A stretch of 64,000 nucleotides of DNA from Myxococcales bacterium (GTDB taxonomy: Bacteria; Myxococcota_A; Polyangia; Haliangiales; Haliangiaceae), in assembly GCA_016794525.1 (NCBI GenBank), contig JAEUJY010000077.1:45091-109090 (forward strand), in the 5' to 3' direction. Both the position numbers and the translations under genes were made by a program. The notes below the pieces were generated by a model, which made no database searches, was not told the DNA's origin, and saw only the letters and a list, made by a program, of their open reading frames with translations. Shown here piece after piece: positions 34,901-45,944 of the stretch (position 1 is the first letter of the stretch; every line of letters starts with the position of its first letter).

Positions 34901-35996
34901 GCAGATCGTCGAACATGCCGCCGGGGGATGGCGGCTCGACGCGCGCGGCCGGCGGGTTGGTCGCCGGGCCGGGGAGGTCGTCGAAGAAGCCCTTGGGCGC
35001 GGGCAGATCGACGCCGCCCTTGCCGGTGGCCGGGCCGGGGAGGTCGTCGAAGAAGCCCTTGGGCGCGGGCAGGTCGGGGCCCCGCGGGGTCGCCGGGCCG
35101 GGGAGGTCGTCGAAGAAGCCCTTGGGCGCGGGCAGATCGACGCCGCCCTTGCCGGTGGCCGGGCCGGGGAGGTCGTCGAAGAAGCCCTTGGGCGCGGGCA
35201 GCGGCGCGTCGTTCGCGTGCGGGCGCGCCGGCGGGATCGTCGGTGGCATGCCGCCGACGGTGCGCTTGGGATCGGGCGGCGGTGGCGCGGCGGCGGGGCG
35301 CTTCGGCGCCGGCAGGTCACCGATCGTCGGCCCCTTGGGCGCCGGCAGGTCGGCGAACAGGTCGTTGCCGCTCGCGCGCTTCGGCGTCGGCAGATCGCTG
35401 ATCGCCGGCGGCCCCTTGGGCATCGGCAGGTCGCTGATCGCCGGCGGCCCCTTGGGCATCGGCAGGTCGCTGATCGGCGGCGGCCCCTTGGGCGCGGGTA
35501 GGTCGACGATGCCGGCCGATGGGCCCTTGGGCGCGGGCAGGTCGACGATCGCCGACGGCGACGGGCCCTTGGGCGCGGGCAGGTCGGTGAACGGCCCCGG
35601 CGCGGTGGCCTTGGCGGCCGGGGGTGGCGCGCCGCGCGGCGAGGGGCCGACCGGCGCGACCAGGTCGACGCCGTCGAGCGTGAACGGCTCGGGCTCCCGC
35701 GGCTTGGGCACCGCCTTGGGCGCGGGCAGGTCGACGATCGCCGACGGCGACGGGCCCTTGGGCGCGGGCAGATCGACGGCCTCGACGCGGCCGCCGGGCA
35801 CGCCGGCCGGCGACGGGCGGCGCGGCGCGGGCAGATCCGCGAGGTCGATGACGTCGCCGGTGCCACCCGCGACGTCGCCGGGGACCACGATGCGCGCCTT
35901 GCACTTCGCACACGACACCGTCTTGCCCGCCGGCGGAATGTCAGCCGCGGGGAAGCGGTACATCGCGCCGCACACGGCGCATGCCACTTCCTTCAT
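31962..35996 (-). CDS. 1344-aa protein: N-terminal MJ0042-type zinc ribbon, Pro-rich tandem repeats (DLPAPKGP / FFDDLPGPATGKGGVDLPAPKG), one TM helix, then about 800 aa of TPR repeats. Architecture is GltJ/AgmX-like.
   Basis: Zinc ribbon CAVCGAMYRF...SCAKCKARIVVP. TM VLAAVLGVGAVGAGGFFMY. Many TPR units. Single long frame with strong codon bias. Confidence 0.7.
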   Translation of the reverse strand: MKEVACAVCGAMYRFPAADIPPAGKTVSCAKCKARIVVPGDVAGGTGDVIDLADLPAPRRPSPAGVPGGRVEAVDLPAPKGPSPSAIVDLPAPKAVPKPREPEPFTLDGVDLVAPVGPSPRGAPPPAAKATAPGPFTDLPAPKGPSPSAIVDLPAPKGPSAGIVDLPAPKGPPPISDLPMPKGPPAISDLPMPKGPPAISDLPTPKRASGNDLFADLPAPKGPTIGDLPAPKRPAAAPPPPDPKRTVGGMPPTIPPARPHANDAPLPAPKGFFDDLPGPATGKGGVDLPAPKGFFDDLPGPATPRGPDLPAPKGFFDDLPGPATGKGGVDLPAPKGFFDDLPGPATNPPAARVEPPSPGGMFDDLPPAKSPAPAIGLFDDLPPPSVPRADRFPAPPPSVAPGAALEGIDLPPASGGSGMIELEPTNASARSVPATPRAHAPSEPPPALELGDGDPLGLDLPSSPAAAAAAGRGVVSFKAGAATSPGSADSRGPAANTGDIDLAVPRRDAPAQPKARAAPKEGPAKRGLSPRAAKLVLAAVLGVGAVGAGGFFMYKRWDAQKTRAADLDRNLKAARKALLANDDSHWRRAARAANDVLALDKRHAEALGIAAQAALVGYVEEGTQAESRLANGRRLIETATTNGAHHPAVDKAAAVRDVIEGDYTGAIAALTPLAARGDADAQLYLGWAQAGAQEWAAAQQAFTAALTARPVPATYGLAQAQQAAGDVAAAHASYLKVIELAPEHVGALVGEALTAPTTDLGKRETALLAILQRTGIDKADPRAVVLAWTKAGDEARRGGRLDAARDRYRKALAILPGDRGVLVSLAATELADGKIDAAAEAADKALALAPDDVDAGLTAAEIDLRRNKIAEAAARLAALRARKPPITAPAMLGRLDMIDGHRLEAEKNPAAALAAYERAATALGAGDIAPTIAAATILGHMADAAKTPEEAAALRARADAKLTTIAAAATSDAGVAIALGVAYLSAGAAPQAERWLRSAIEQRPAEVEAHYQLAEALRRQGKQDEAVATLVKAFELDPSRIDLGVELARGFEAAHRDADAAELYRKLLRLADVTVETKIRAGRFFARTGDIAAARALGDELLAVTPDDPTGLFLKGEGLLLDKRFSEARRMMQEATSRNPDAQFLDGLGRVSEKFSGQTGDTAVRDEALRAYDQAASLDESIVNAWAGAGRIRLARGEYDKAITAFKKALEKDPGNPDLPYGLGMAYVELEDRANAVAWLTKAVAAQPRADAYYKLGELYYEGDRAAQAASALERATALATTDERKDGVTVPWLTDALWLLGTVQQVMHNDGATIRAWEAYLARNPKNQAQAEEVRRYLTARGR
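34930..35560. repeat. Near-perfect DNA tandem repeats (units of about 60/120 nt and 42 nt) encoding the Pro-rich repeats of the ZnR-TPR protein.
   Basis: Repeated unit gggccggggaggtcgtcgaagaagcccttgggcgcgggcagatcgacgccgcccttgccggtggcc, and ggcaggtcgctgatcgccggcggccccttgggcatc x3. Confidence 0.7.
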
Positions 35997-36044
35997 CTGA
36001 TCGAAATTGTACCCCGCCGGCGCGGGCGATGCGCGGCCGGGTGA

Positions 36045-36644
36045 CTACTTGCGGGTATCGAACGGGTTGCCGCCCAGCTCGCCGCCCGCGCCGCCACCGC
36101 CGCGCCCGCGCCGCCGGCCCCGGGGCGCCGCCTCATCCGGAGCGTCGAGCCGCGCGCCGCGCAGGCCGCGCAAGATCTTGCGGTCGACCTCGGGCAGCAG
36201 GTCGAGCAGCGTCGCGGCCTGCTCGGGCGTCAGCACCGCGCGCAGGTCGGCGAAGCGCTGCTCCTCGGCGGTCCACCGCGCGCGCTGGTTGGCGACCAGC
36301 TGGTCGAGCGCCGCGGTGATGTCGGCCGCCTTGTGGGCGGTGCGCGCGGTCGCCAGCTTGTCGCGCAGCGCCGCGCGCTCGGCCAGCAGCTTGGCCAGCA
36401 CCTCGTCGTACTTGTCGAGCACCGGGAACAGCTTGCCGGCGGTGGCCTCGTCGAGATCGAGCTGCTCGGTCAGCACCATCGCGCGCATGATCCGGATGCG
36501 CTGCTTGACCTTGTCGCGCTTGCCGCCGTTGCCGGGGCCCTTCTGCGCGACCTGCGGCCCGCCGCGGTCGGGCCGCGCCTCCGCCGGCGCCACCAGGCCG
36601 GCCACCACCAGCACCCCCACGAGCATGGTTCGCAGCGTCGTCAT
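36045..36644 (-). CDS. Periplasmic LTXXQ-motif protein (Spy/CpxP-like family).
   Basis: ATG at 36644 after AGGAGG. Signal peptide. Motifs MVLTEQL and VLTPEQ. ATGA overlap with the anti-sigma stop. Confidence 0.55.
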   Translation of the reverse strand: MTTLRTMLVGVLVVAGLVAPAEARPDRGGPQVAQKGPGNGGKRDKVKQRIRIMRAMVLTEQLDLDEATAGKLFPVLDKYDEVLAKLLAERAALRDKLATARTAHKAADITAALDQLVANQRARWTAEEQRFADLRAVLTPEQAATLLDLLPEVDRKILRGLRGARLDAPDEAAPRGRRRGRGGGGAGGELGGNPFDTRK

Positions 36645-37236
36645 CCTGCCTCCTGCGCGTCGAGCCACGCCAGCGCGCGGTCGAGCTCGTCATCGGAGAA
36701 GTCGTCGATCCAGCCGGTCCAGGTCGCGCCCAGCGCCGGCAGCTCGTCGTCCCCGTCGTCCTCGTCGTCGAACGCGATCACCTCGTCGATGAGCGCGTCG
36801 TCGATCGGGCCCAGCCCGTCGAGGTCGCTGGCGGGATCGTCGTCCATCGCCAGCGCGGGATCGTCGTCGTCGACCGGCGTCGGCGCGGGCGTCGGCGCCA
36901 CCGCGATGCTCGGCAGCGGCACCACCGGCCACGACCAGCGCCCGGCGTGCGGCCGCACCGCCAGCGCCACCGCCGCGGCCGCCGCCAGCACGACGCCGGC
37001 GTACAGCCACGGCCGCCGCCGCGCCGGGGCCCGGGTGGTCGCCGCGAAGATGCGCTCCTCGAGGGCGCGCCAGTCGGGCGCCGCGCCGGCGGTCGGCAGC
37101 GCCCGCACCGCGGCCACGGTGCCGCCGTCGTCCTCGGCCAGCGCCGCCTCGACCCGCGCGCGCTGGGCGGCGGTCAACGCCTCCGGCGCGTCGGCGTAGG
37201 TCGCCAGCAGCTCGTCGAGGGTAGCGTCGTCGTTCA
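36641..37236 (-). CDS. Putative anti-sigma factor (single TM; acidic periplasmic tail).
   Basis: ATG overlaps the ECF sigma stop (ATGA). TM helix [18 protein letters not shown]. Position between an ECF sigma factor and a periplasmic LTXXQ protein. Confidence 0.5.
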
Positions 37237-37836
37237 TGGCTCGATCCCCTCGCTGCCGAGGAGGCTGCGCAGCCGCTTGACCGCGAAGTGGAAGCTTACC
37301 TTGGCCGCGTTCTCGGTGCAGTCGGCCAGCACCGCCACCTCGCGGAACGACAGCTCGTCGAAGACGCGCAGCTCGAGCACCAGCTTCTGCTTGGGCGGCA
37401 GCTCGGCGATCGCCGCCCGCAGCGCCGCCGCGCGCTGGCTGCCCTCGAGCCGGTCGGCGCCGGTGGCGGCGATCGTCAGCGCGTCGTCGGCCAGCTCGCT
37501 GGGCTGCTCGCGGCCGCGGTCGCGCACGGTGTTGAGCGACAGGTTGATCGCGATCCGGTACAGCCAGCTGCGGACGCTGGCGTCGCCGCGGAAGTTGGCC
37601 AGCGCCTGGTAGGCGCGCACGAAGGCCTGCTGGGTCACGTCGGCGGCGTCGGCGTCCGACCGCACGTAGCGCCGGGCCAGGTGCCACAGGCCGCGCTGGT
37701 GGCGGCGCACGATCTGCTCGAACGCCGCCCGGTCGCCGCGCTGGGCCTTGGCCACCAGCGCCCGGTCGATGTCGACCGGCTCCTCGGTCACCGCGTCCTC
37801 GGTGCGCAGCCACGCGGCGGGCAGGGCCAGGTCCAT
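37234..37836 (-). CDS. ECF (sigma-70 family, group 4) RNA polymerase sigma factor.
   Basis: Sigma-70 region 2 ([20 protein letters not shown] ... [11 protein letters not shown]) and region 4 HTH ([28 protein letters not shown]). Confidence 0.8.
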   Translation of the reverse strand: MDLALPAAWLRTEDAVTEEPVDIDRALVAKAQRGDRAAFEQIVRRHQRGLWHLARRYVRSDADAADVTQQAFVRAYQALANFRGDASVRSWLYRIAINLSLNTVRDRGREQPSELADDALTIAATGADRLEGSQRAAALRAAIAELPPKQKLVLELRVFDELSFREVAVLADCTENAAKVSFHFAVKRLRSLLGSEGIEP

Positions 37837-37935
37837 GACGGTTGGACCCGGCGCTTGCGCCCAGGGTTAAGCGGCAGTAGGGTCACCGCCCAAGTACCCT
37901 CGATCGCTCGCGTTTCGGGGGCAGAAAGCCGCACC

Positions 37936-39225
<1,290 letters not shown>

Positions 39226-39260
39226 CGGCCCGCGCGACCGATCTCGACTACGCTGCGCGC

Positions 39261-40199
<939 letters not shown>

Positions 40200-40217
40200 T
40201 CGAGACGAGGCCTCCCC

Positions 40218-40973
40218 ATGCTGCGCGACGCGATGATCATCTTCCGCTACCAGCTGCGCCTGCTCCTGCGCGAGCCGGTGTGGATCATCATCACGATGAT
40301 CCAGCCGCTCCTGTACCTGGCGCTGTTCGCGCCGCTGCTCGAGCCGATCGCCAAGACCCAGGGCTTCCCGCCCGGCGACGCCTGGCAGGTGTTCGTGCCG
40401 GGCCTGTTGATCCAGCTCGGCATCTTCGGCTCGATGTTCGTCGGCTTCGGCATCATCGCCGAGGTGCGGTGGGGCACGATCGAGCGCATGCGGGTCACGC
40501 CGGCCAGCCGGCTCGGCCTGCTCCTGGGACGGGTGTTGCGCGACACGCTGGTGCTGCTGCTCCAGGCGGCGCTGCTGACGGTGATCGCGGTGGCGTTCGG
40601 GCTGCGCGTGCCGCTGGCCGGCGCGCTGGTCGCGGTCGCGATCGTCGGCCTGCTCGGCGTCGCGCTGTCGTCGCTGTCGTACGCCGCCGGCCTGTGGCTC
40701 AAGAGCGAGGACGCGCTGGCGCCGCTGCTCAACATGGTGTCGGTGCCGGTGCTGCTGCTGTCCGGCATCCTGTTGCCGATGGAGTTCGCGCCGCCGTGGC
40801 TGCGCCACCTGGCCAGCGCCAACCCGTTCTCCCACGTCGTCGACGGCTCGCGCGCGGCGTTCCGCGGCGACTACGGCGCCAGCTCGCTGACGATCGGGCT
40901 GTGCGCCGCCGCCGGCCTGGCGGTGGTCGGCCTGCTGATCGCCAAGCGCACGTTCGAGCGCGAGTCGGCGTAG
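40218..40973 (+). CDS. ABC-2 type transporter permease.
   Basis: Six predicted TM helices; immediately downstream of the ATPase gene. Confidence 0.75.
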   Translation: MLRDAMIIFRYQLRLLLREPVWIIITMIQPLLYLALFAPLLEPIAKTQGFPPGDAWQVFVPGLLIQLGIFGSMFVGFGIIAEVRWGTIERMRVTPASRLGLLLGRVLRDTLVLLLQAALLTVIAVAFGLRVPLAGALVAVAIVGLLGVALSSLSYAAGLWLKSEDALAPLLNMVSVPVLLLSGILLPMEFAPPWLRHLASANPFSHVVDGSRAAFRGDYGASSLTIGLCAAAGLAVVGLLIAKRTFERESA

Positions 40974-40987
40974 CCCAGCAGCTCCCC

Positions 40988-42214
40988 TCAGAACTGGCCC
41001 GACAGCGGCGAGGTGTCGGCGCGGCCGGGGCTGTCGAGCACCCAGGTGCCGAGCGCGAACAGCCCGACGCCGAAGCCCAGCGTGAAGCCCGACATCGTGC
41101 ACATCACGTCGCGGTCGTCGTCGCTGTTGGTCAGGCAGGGGATCGCGAAGCCGGCGCCGATGACGCCGTAGAACACCCCGCCCATCCGCGACAGCCCCGC
41201 GAGGTTCCAGCGCGACGTCGTGTGGGCCTTCACCTGGACGCCGCCGACCCCGGCCCAGTCGCGGAGGTTGGGCACCTGCACGCGGGTCGTGCGCGCGAAC
41301 AGGCTGGAGCGCTCGCGCATCAGCAGCGTGCGCGACGGCTCGAGGTGCTGGACGCACGGCGTGGTGCACAGCTTGCGACCGTCGACGACGACGTCCCACG
41401 ACGTCTCGGGCTCGGCCGACATGAGCTGCACCTCGATCGGCCCGCCCGCCGGCGGCGGCCGCCCCGTCGCCACCTGCCCCGGCCCGCCGGTCGCCTGCAC
41501 CGACAGCAGGAACATCTGGATCGGCGACGCGCAGCTGGCGTCGGGCGACGCGTCGGTCGAGTTCGCGCACGCCGCGGCCTCGCCGGAGCGGCGGATGATC
41601 GACTTGCTCGCGGTGCTGGTGGCGTTGGCCGAGCCGATCGTGTGGACGCTCGCCTCGAGGCTGGCCGACGCCGTCCCGCCGGCGTCGAGCTGGTAGGCGC
41701 CGATCGCGAGCCCGCCGACGACGTGGGTCGCGCCTCGGCAGTCGCCCTCGATCATCGGCGTCGCGCCGGGCGGGATCGCCAGCCGGAACTGGCCGGAGAT
41801 CGTGGTCTGCATCGTCAGGCTGCCCGAGCCCTGCAGCTCGCCCGCCAGCGACGCGGCGCCGAGCGGCAGCTTCGCGTACAGCTCGTCCTGGTTGCGGATC
41901 TCGATCCAGTCCGACGACGGCGTCGTGCGCACCCAGTAATACGGATCGCGGGTCCGGCACTGCGTGAGCACCGTCATCGTGCACCCGGTGAACGAGACGA
42001 CGACGCCGGTGCCCAGCCGGACCTGCGTCTCGAGGTGCGCCTTCTCGGCGGCCGGCCACTCGGTCACCAGCGGCTGGTCGAGCCCGGCGGCGTTCCGGCA
42101 CCGCGTGCCTTCACCCGCCAGGGTCGGCAGGGTCGGCTGCGCCACGATCGAGACCGGACGGCAACCGGCCGCCGCGAGCGCGCCGACGACGAACGCACGA
42201 ATGGCCACCCCCAT
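40988..42214 (-). CDS. Hypothetical lipoprotein with a C-terminal hydrophobic segment.
   Basis: Lipo-box FVVGALAAAGC. Confidence 0.45.
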   Translation of the reverse strand: MGVAIRAFVVGALAAAGCRPVSIVAQPTLPTLAGEGTRCRNAAGLDQPLVTEWPAAEKAHLETQVRLGTGVVVSFTGCTMTVLTQCRTRDPYYWVRTTPSSDWIEIRNQDELYAKLPLGAASLAGELQGSGSLTMQTTISGQFRLAIPPGATPMIEGDCRGATHVVGGLAIGAYQLDAGGTASASLEASVHTIGSANATSTASKSIIRRSGEAAACANSTDASPDASCASPIQMFLLSVQATGGPGQVATGRPPPAGGPIEVQLMSAEPETSWDVVVDGRKLCTTPCVQHLEPSRTLLMRERSSLFARTTRVQVPNLRDWAGVGGVQVKAHTTSRWNLAGLSRMGGVFYGVIGAGFAIPCLTNSDDDRDVMCTMSGFTLGFGVGLFALGTWVLDSPGRADTSPLSGQF

Positions 42215-42439
42215 CGGCCCAGCGTACCATCGCCCGTCGCGGCGGCGGCGGTTCTGTCGAGCGGCGCTTCCCGTCCCGCGCGCGTGATTCCGGAGCGCCG
42301 CCGCCCGCGAGCCGCCGAAACGGGAGTCCTGGCCATGATGGCGGCAGGTTGGGAGGGCACCGAGGGCCTAAAATCCCGCCACTAGATCCTTTACAAGCGA
42401 AGGGCCCTCCATATACTGCGCGTCACCTCTGGGCTCTCT

Positions 42440-42525
<86 letters not shown>

Positions 42526-42605
42526 GGCTGACAACCGAATAGCTCGATCGTCGTTTTCTTTCTCGCTCGCCCATGGCGGTCCACCAGGTCCGCTAGATGG
42601 TCGAA

Positions 42606-42698
<93 letters not shown>

Positions 42699-42764
42699 GA
42701 CTTGGCCGCTGCGAGCGCTCCGTATCGCTCGCGTCCGCTTCTCTATGTCCTAGCTTTTGTGTTT

Positions 42765-42840
<76 letters not shown>

Positions 42841-43326
42841 ATGAGCATCGACCCCGTCACCGATGACGACCTGATGCTGCTCGCCCTCGAAGAGGCGCGG
42901 GCAGCCGGGGCCCATGGTGACGTCCCGGTCGGCGCGATCATCGCGGTGCCCGCCGACGGCCGCTTCGCGGTCATCGGGCGTGGCCACAACCGCCGCGAAC
43001 AACGTGGCGATCCCACCGCGCACGCCGAGATCGAGGCGCTGCGCGACGCCGCCGCCCACCTGGGTCACTGGCGGGTCGAGGCCACGCTGGTCGTCACCCA
43101 GGAGCCGTGCCCGATGTGCGCCGGCGCGCTGGTCAACGCCCGCGTCCGCCGCCTCGTCTACGGCTGCGACAACCCCAAGGCCGGGGCCGTCGCCAGCCTG
43201 TTCACCATCTGCACCGACCCGCGCCTCAACCATCGGCTCGAGGTCGTCGCCGGCGTCCGCGCCAGCGAGTGTGCCGCCGAGCTCAAGCGCTTCTTCGAGG
43301 CGCTGCGGGCCCAGGGGCAACGCTAG
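42841..43326 (+). CDS. tadA: tRNA-specific adenosine deaminase TadA.
   Basis: CDA zinc motifs HAEIEA and PCPMCAGA. Starts directly after tRNA-Arg(ACG). Confidence 0.85.
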   Translation: MSIDPVTDDDLMLLALEEARAAGAHGDVPVGAIIAVPADGRFAVIGRGHNRREQRGDPTAHAEIEALRDAAAHLGHWRVEATLVVTQEPCPMCAGALVNARVRRLVYGCDNPKAGAVASLFTICTDPRLNHRLEVVAGVRASECAAELKRFFEALRAQGQR

Positions 43327-43362
43327 TCTCTGTACCCGGTGCGGAATGCGCCGGGACGTCGA

Positions 43363-43457
<95 letters not shown>

Positions 43458-43598
43458 TGATCCGTGCACCCGGTGCGCGGCGCGTGAGCCCGGGACGTTT
43501 TCCCGGGCGGGTTTCGAGAGCTCGTGACGTGAACCAAGCCATCGCGAGGTGGCGAGGGGCGCTGCGTGGGGCCTCGTGACGGTTTCTGTGAAGTGTCT

Positions 43599-43685
<87 letters not shown>

Positions 43686-43721
43686 ACGGTCACGACCGCC
43701 GACGATCGAGCTACACCCGAT

Positions 43722-43812
43722 TTATGGTCCCGGGTGACACGACGTCTGTGAACCCCGCCAGGTCCGGAAGGAAGCAACGGTAGCGGAACTAGTGGGTGCC
43801 TGGGGCCACTTT
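43722..43812 (+). ncRNA. ffs: Signal recognition particle RNA (4.5S / ffs, small bacterial type).
   Basis: Contains the conserved domain-IV sequence CCAGGTCCGGAAGGAAGCA. The 5' GGTCCCGGG can pair with the 3' CCTGGGGCC to close the helix. Not protein-coding. Confidence 0.55.
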
Positions 43813-43815
43813 TCT

Positions 43816-43856
43816 TCGAGGGCGACTCTCACGAGTCGCCCTCGAGCCTTTTTCGG
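43816..43856 (+). terminator. Rho-independent terminator.
   Basis: 12-bp perfect stem CGAGGGCGACTC / GAGTCGCCCTCG with TCAC loop, followed by a TTTTT run (agcctttttcgg). Confidence 0.55.
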
Positions 43857-43982
43857 CGCCCGTACGCCGTGAGGCTGGCCGGTGCTCGAGTCGCCGTCCA
43901 CGGGTGAACTATTGCCGCTCGCTAGAACGTGAAATGTGGCTGATGTGATAGCGTCGGGCTCGGACAACAGAGAGGACGGGCC

Positions 43983-45878
43983 ATGAATCGCACAGGGTTT
44001 GCCCCGAAGATGGGGTCTCGCACACTGTTCTTGGCGTCGCTGATCATCGCAGCGGTAAGCTGCAAGGTAACTTCGAGTGGTCTGCCGCCATTCGGTGGCG
44101 GTGGTGGCGGGGGCGGGGGCACGAGCGGCGGCTCAGGCGCTGTCTCGAGCGAAGAGGTTCAGCCGATCGCGAGCAGCTGCGCAGAGGACGGCCGGCGCAC
44201 TCCAGAGGAGATCGCCGACGGCGTTCCCCCGTGGCCGTGCGAATACTCCGAGGCGGGCGAGCGTGAATTCAACGCCCGCAACTTCATCCGCCCCAAGGTC
44301 GCGGCCAGCGCTGGGCGTCCGACGGTCGGACGCTTCCGCGCGCCGTGGTGCAACGCCACCAACGCGGACGGCTCCGGGGGGGCGCGCGTGCTCGTCGACT
44401 TCGTCAAGGCTGGCGTCGATGGCGAGTCACGGTTCTTCGACTCGGCCTCCTCGGCCGCCGTCGCGATGTGCGCCGACCCGGACTACCCGCGGGCCCAGGA
44501 CGTCGCTGGCGCGTACGTCCAGGTCTGGGTGAACTCGACGGGGGCCTCGCCGCAGGCCGTCAGCGACTGGTTGGCCACGATGGCCGACCACAACAAGCAC
44601 GACGACGAGATCCGTGCGACGTGCGAACGCTGGGCCGATCGCGGCAACGCGTCGGAGCGTGACAAGGATCTGCAGGGCCTCGTCGCGAGCCTCTTCGAGT
44701 GCACCGGGCCGAGCGTGAGCGCGCCCGTGTGGCACCTCGATCGCGAGAACGATCCACCGGTGTTGATGACGCTGGCGCGGCTCCGCCAGTGCGCGCGCTG
44801 GGACGACATCAACAACATCCAGTTCCTCACCTCGTGGGCGGCGTGCCGTCCCGAGGCGGCGCTGTTGAGCGCGGCGAAGCTCGACGCGGAGCTGAAGAGC
44901 GGCAACTTCAACGCGTCGGCCCGCGCGAGCCTCAAGCTGGACTTCGAGACGCTCCAGGCGCGCGTCGTCGAGCTCGACGCCGCTCTCGAGAAGCAGGCGG
45001 CGAGTGATCCGGCCCTCCGTGCGGTCTTGCTCGACGCGCCGGCGAAGGCGTGGGCCGAGTGGCAGGCCGGTTACCAGGCGCACCGGGCGGAGGTCGACGC
45101 GGCGCGGGCCTACGAAGAGGTGTGGTTCGGCAACAGCAAGAGCGCCAAGCGTGGGTGCCTGGCGAAGGCCCAGGCGAGCTTCGCGAGCTACGTTCGTTCC
45201 AAGCCCTGGCAGTCTGTGGACGAGATGGCGGCGATCGCGACCGATCCGATCGGCGGCATCCTCGCCGAGTACCTGCGGCAGTGCCTGGTCGCGGAGGGCG
45301 ACGCCCAGGGTGAGGCGATGATCACCGCGCTCATCGGCAGCGGCTTGCCCCGTCGTGGTCCGCGCTTCGCGGTCGCCATCGGCATGCGCGCCGCCCTGGC
45401 CGACGTCATGAGCGATCGCGAGCGGTTTGCGATCCAGCCGGACTTCATCGACATCCCCATGGGCGGCGACGTGGTCGGTAGCGGCTTCTCCTACCGCATG
45501 CGCGCCGACTACTCCGGCGTGGTCTCGAAGGTCGAGCCCAAGGGCGAGCGGCTCGTCGTCTCGTTCAAGGCCGAGCGATGGTCCGAGGACGAGCGCGAGT
45601 GCATCGAGACCAACCGGATCATCGGCTGGCGCCCCGACGGCACGCCGATGTACCGCCAGAACTGCCGCTACACGGGAAAGAAGGTGCAGCGCGAGTCTCA
45701 GGCCTACGCGTTCCACCTGCCCAAGGAACTCGCGGCAGGCATCAAGCCCGGTGTGTTCGTCGAGTACTCGACCGGCTCCGAGTACACCGACAAGATCTTC
45801 AACGGCGCGGCGGTCCACGTCTGGGCCGACAACCAGAAGAAGAAGCTGGTCGCGGCCTACGGCGTGCTGGCGCCCTAA
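43983..45878 (+). CDS. Large hypothetical lipoprotein with a poly-Gly linker; lower GC than surrounding DNA.
   Basis: Lipo-box LFLASLIIAAVSC. Run of about nine Gly, then an about 560-aa domain. AT-richer codon usage than neighbours. Confidence 0.5.
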   Translation: MNRTGFAPKMGSRTLFLASLIIAAVSCKVTSSGLPPFGGGGGGGGGTSGGSGAVSSEEVQPIASSCAEDGRRTPEEIADGVPPWPCEYSEAGEREFNARNFIRPKVAASAGRPTVGRFRAPWCNATNADGSGGARVLVDFVKAGVDGESRFFDSASSAAVAMCADPDYPRAQDVAGAYVQVWVNSTGASPQAVSDWLATMADHNKHDDEIRATCERWADRGNASERDKDLQGLVASLFECTGPSVSAPVWHLDRENDPPVLMTLARLRQCARWDDINNIQFLTSWAACRPEAALLSAAKLDAELKSGNFNASARASLKLDFETLQARVVELDAALEKQAASDPALRAVLLDAPAKAWAEWQAGYQAHRAEVDAARAYEEVWFGNSKSAKRGCLAKAQASFASYVRSKPWQSVDEMAAIATDPIGGILAEYLRQCLVAEGDAQGEAMITALIGSGLPRRGPRFAVAIGMRAALADVMSDRERFAIQPDFIDIPMGGDVVGSGFSYRMRADYSGVVSKVEPKGERLVVSFKAERWSEDERECIETNRIIGWRPDGTPMYRQNCRYTGKKVQRESQAYAFHLPKELAAGIKPGVFVEYSTGSEYTDKIFNGAAVHVWADNQKKKLVAAYGVLAP

Positions 45879-45944
45879 GCGCTGGCGGGCGCGTAGCTGC
45901 GGCGACCTGACCGCCCCTCAGGCGGCGGGCGGCGCTAGGCTGGG

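Noticed and set aside
31746-35501. 1251-aa plus ORF, the 838-aa minus ORF at 31813-34329 and the 659-aa plus ORF at 34021-36000.
   Set aside because: All lie within or against the 1344-aa ZnR-TPR gene. Translations are Arg/Gly-rich with no repeat structure, whereas the chosen frame shows zinc ribbon, TM and TPR.
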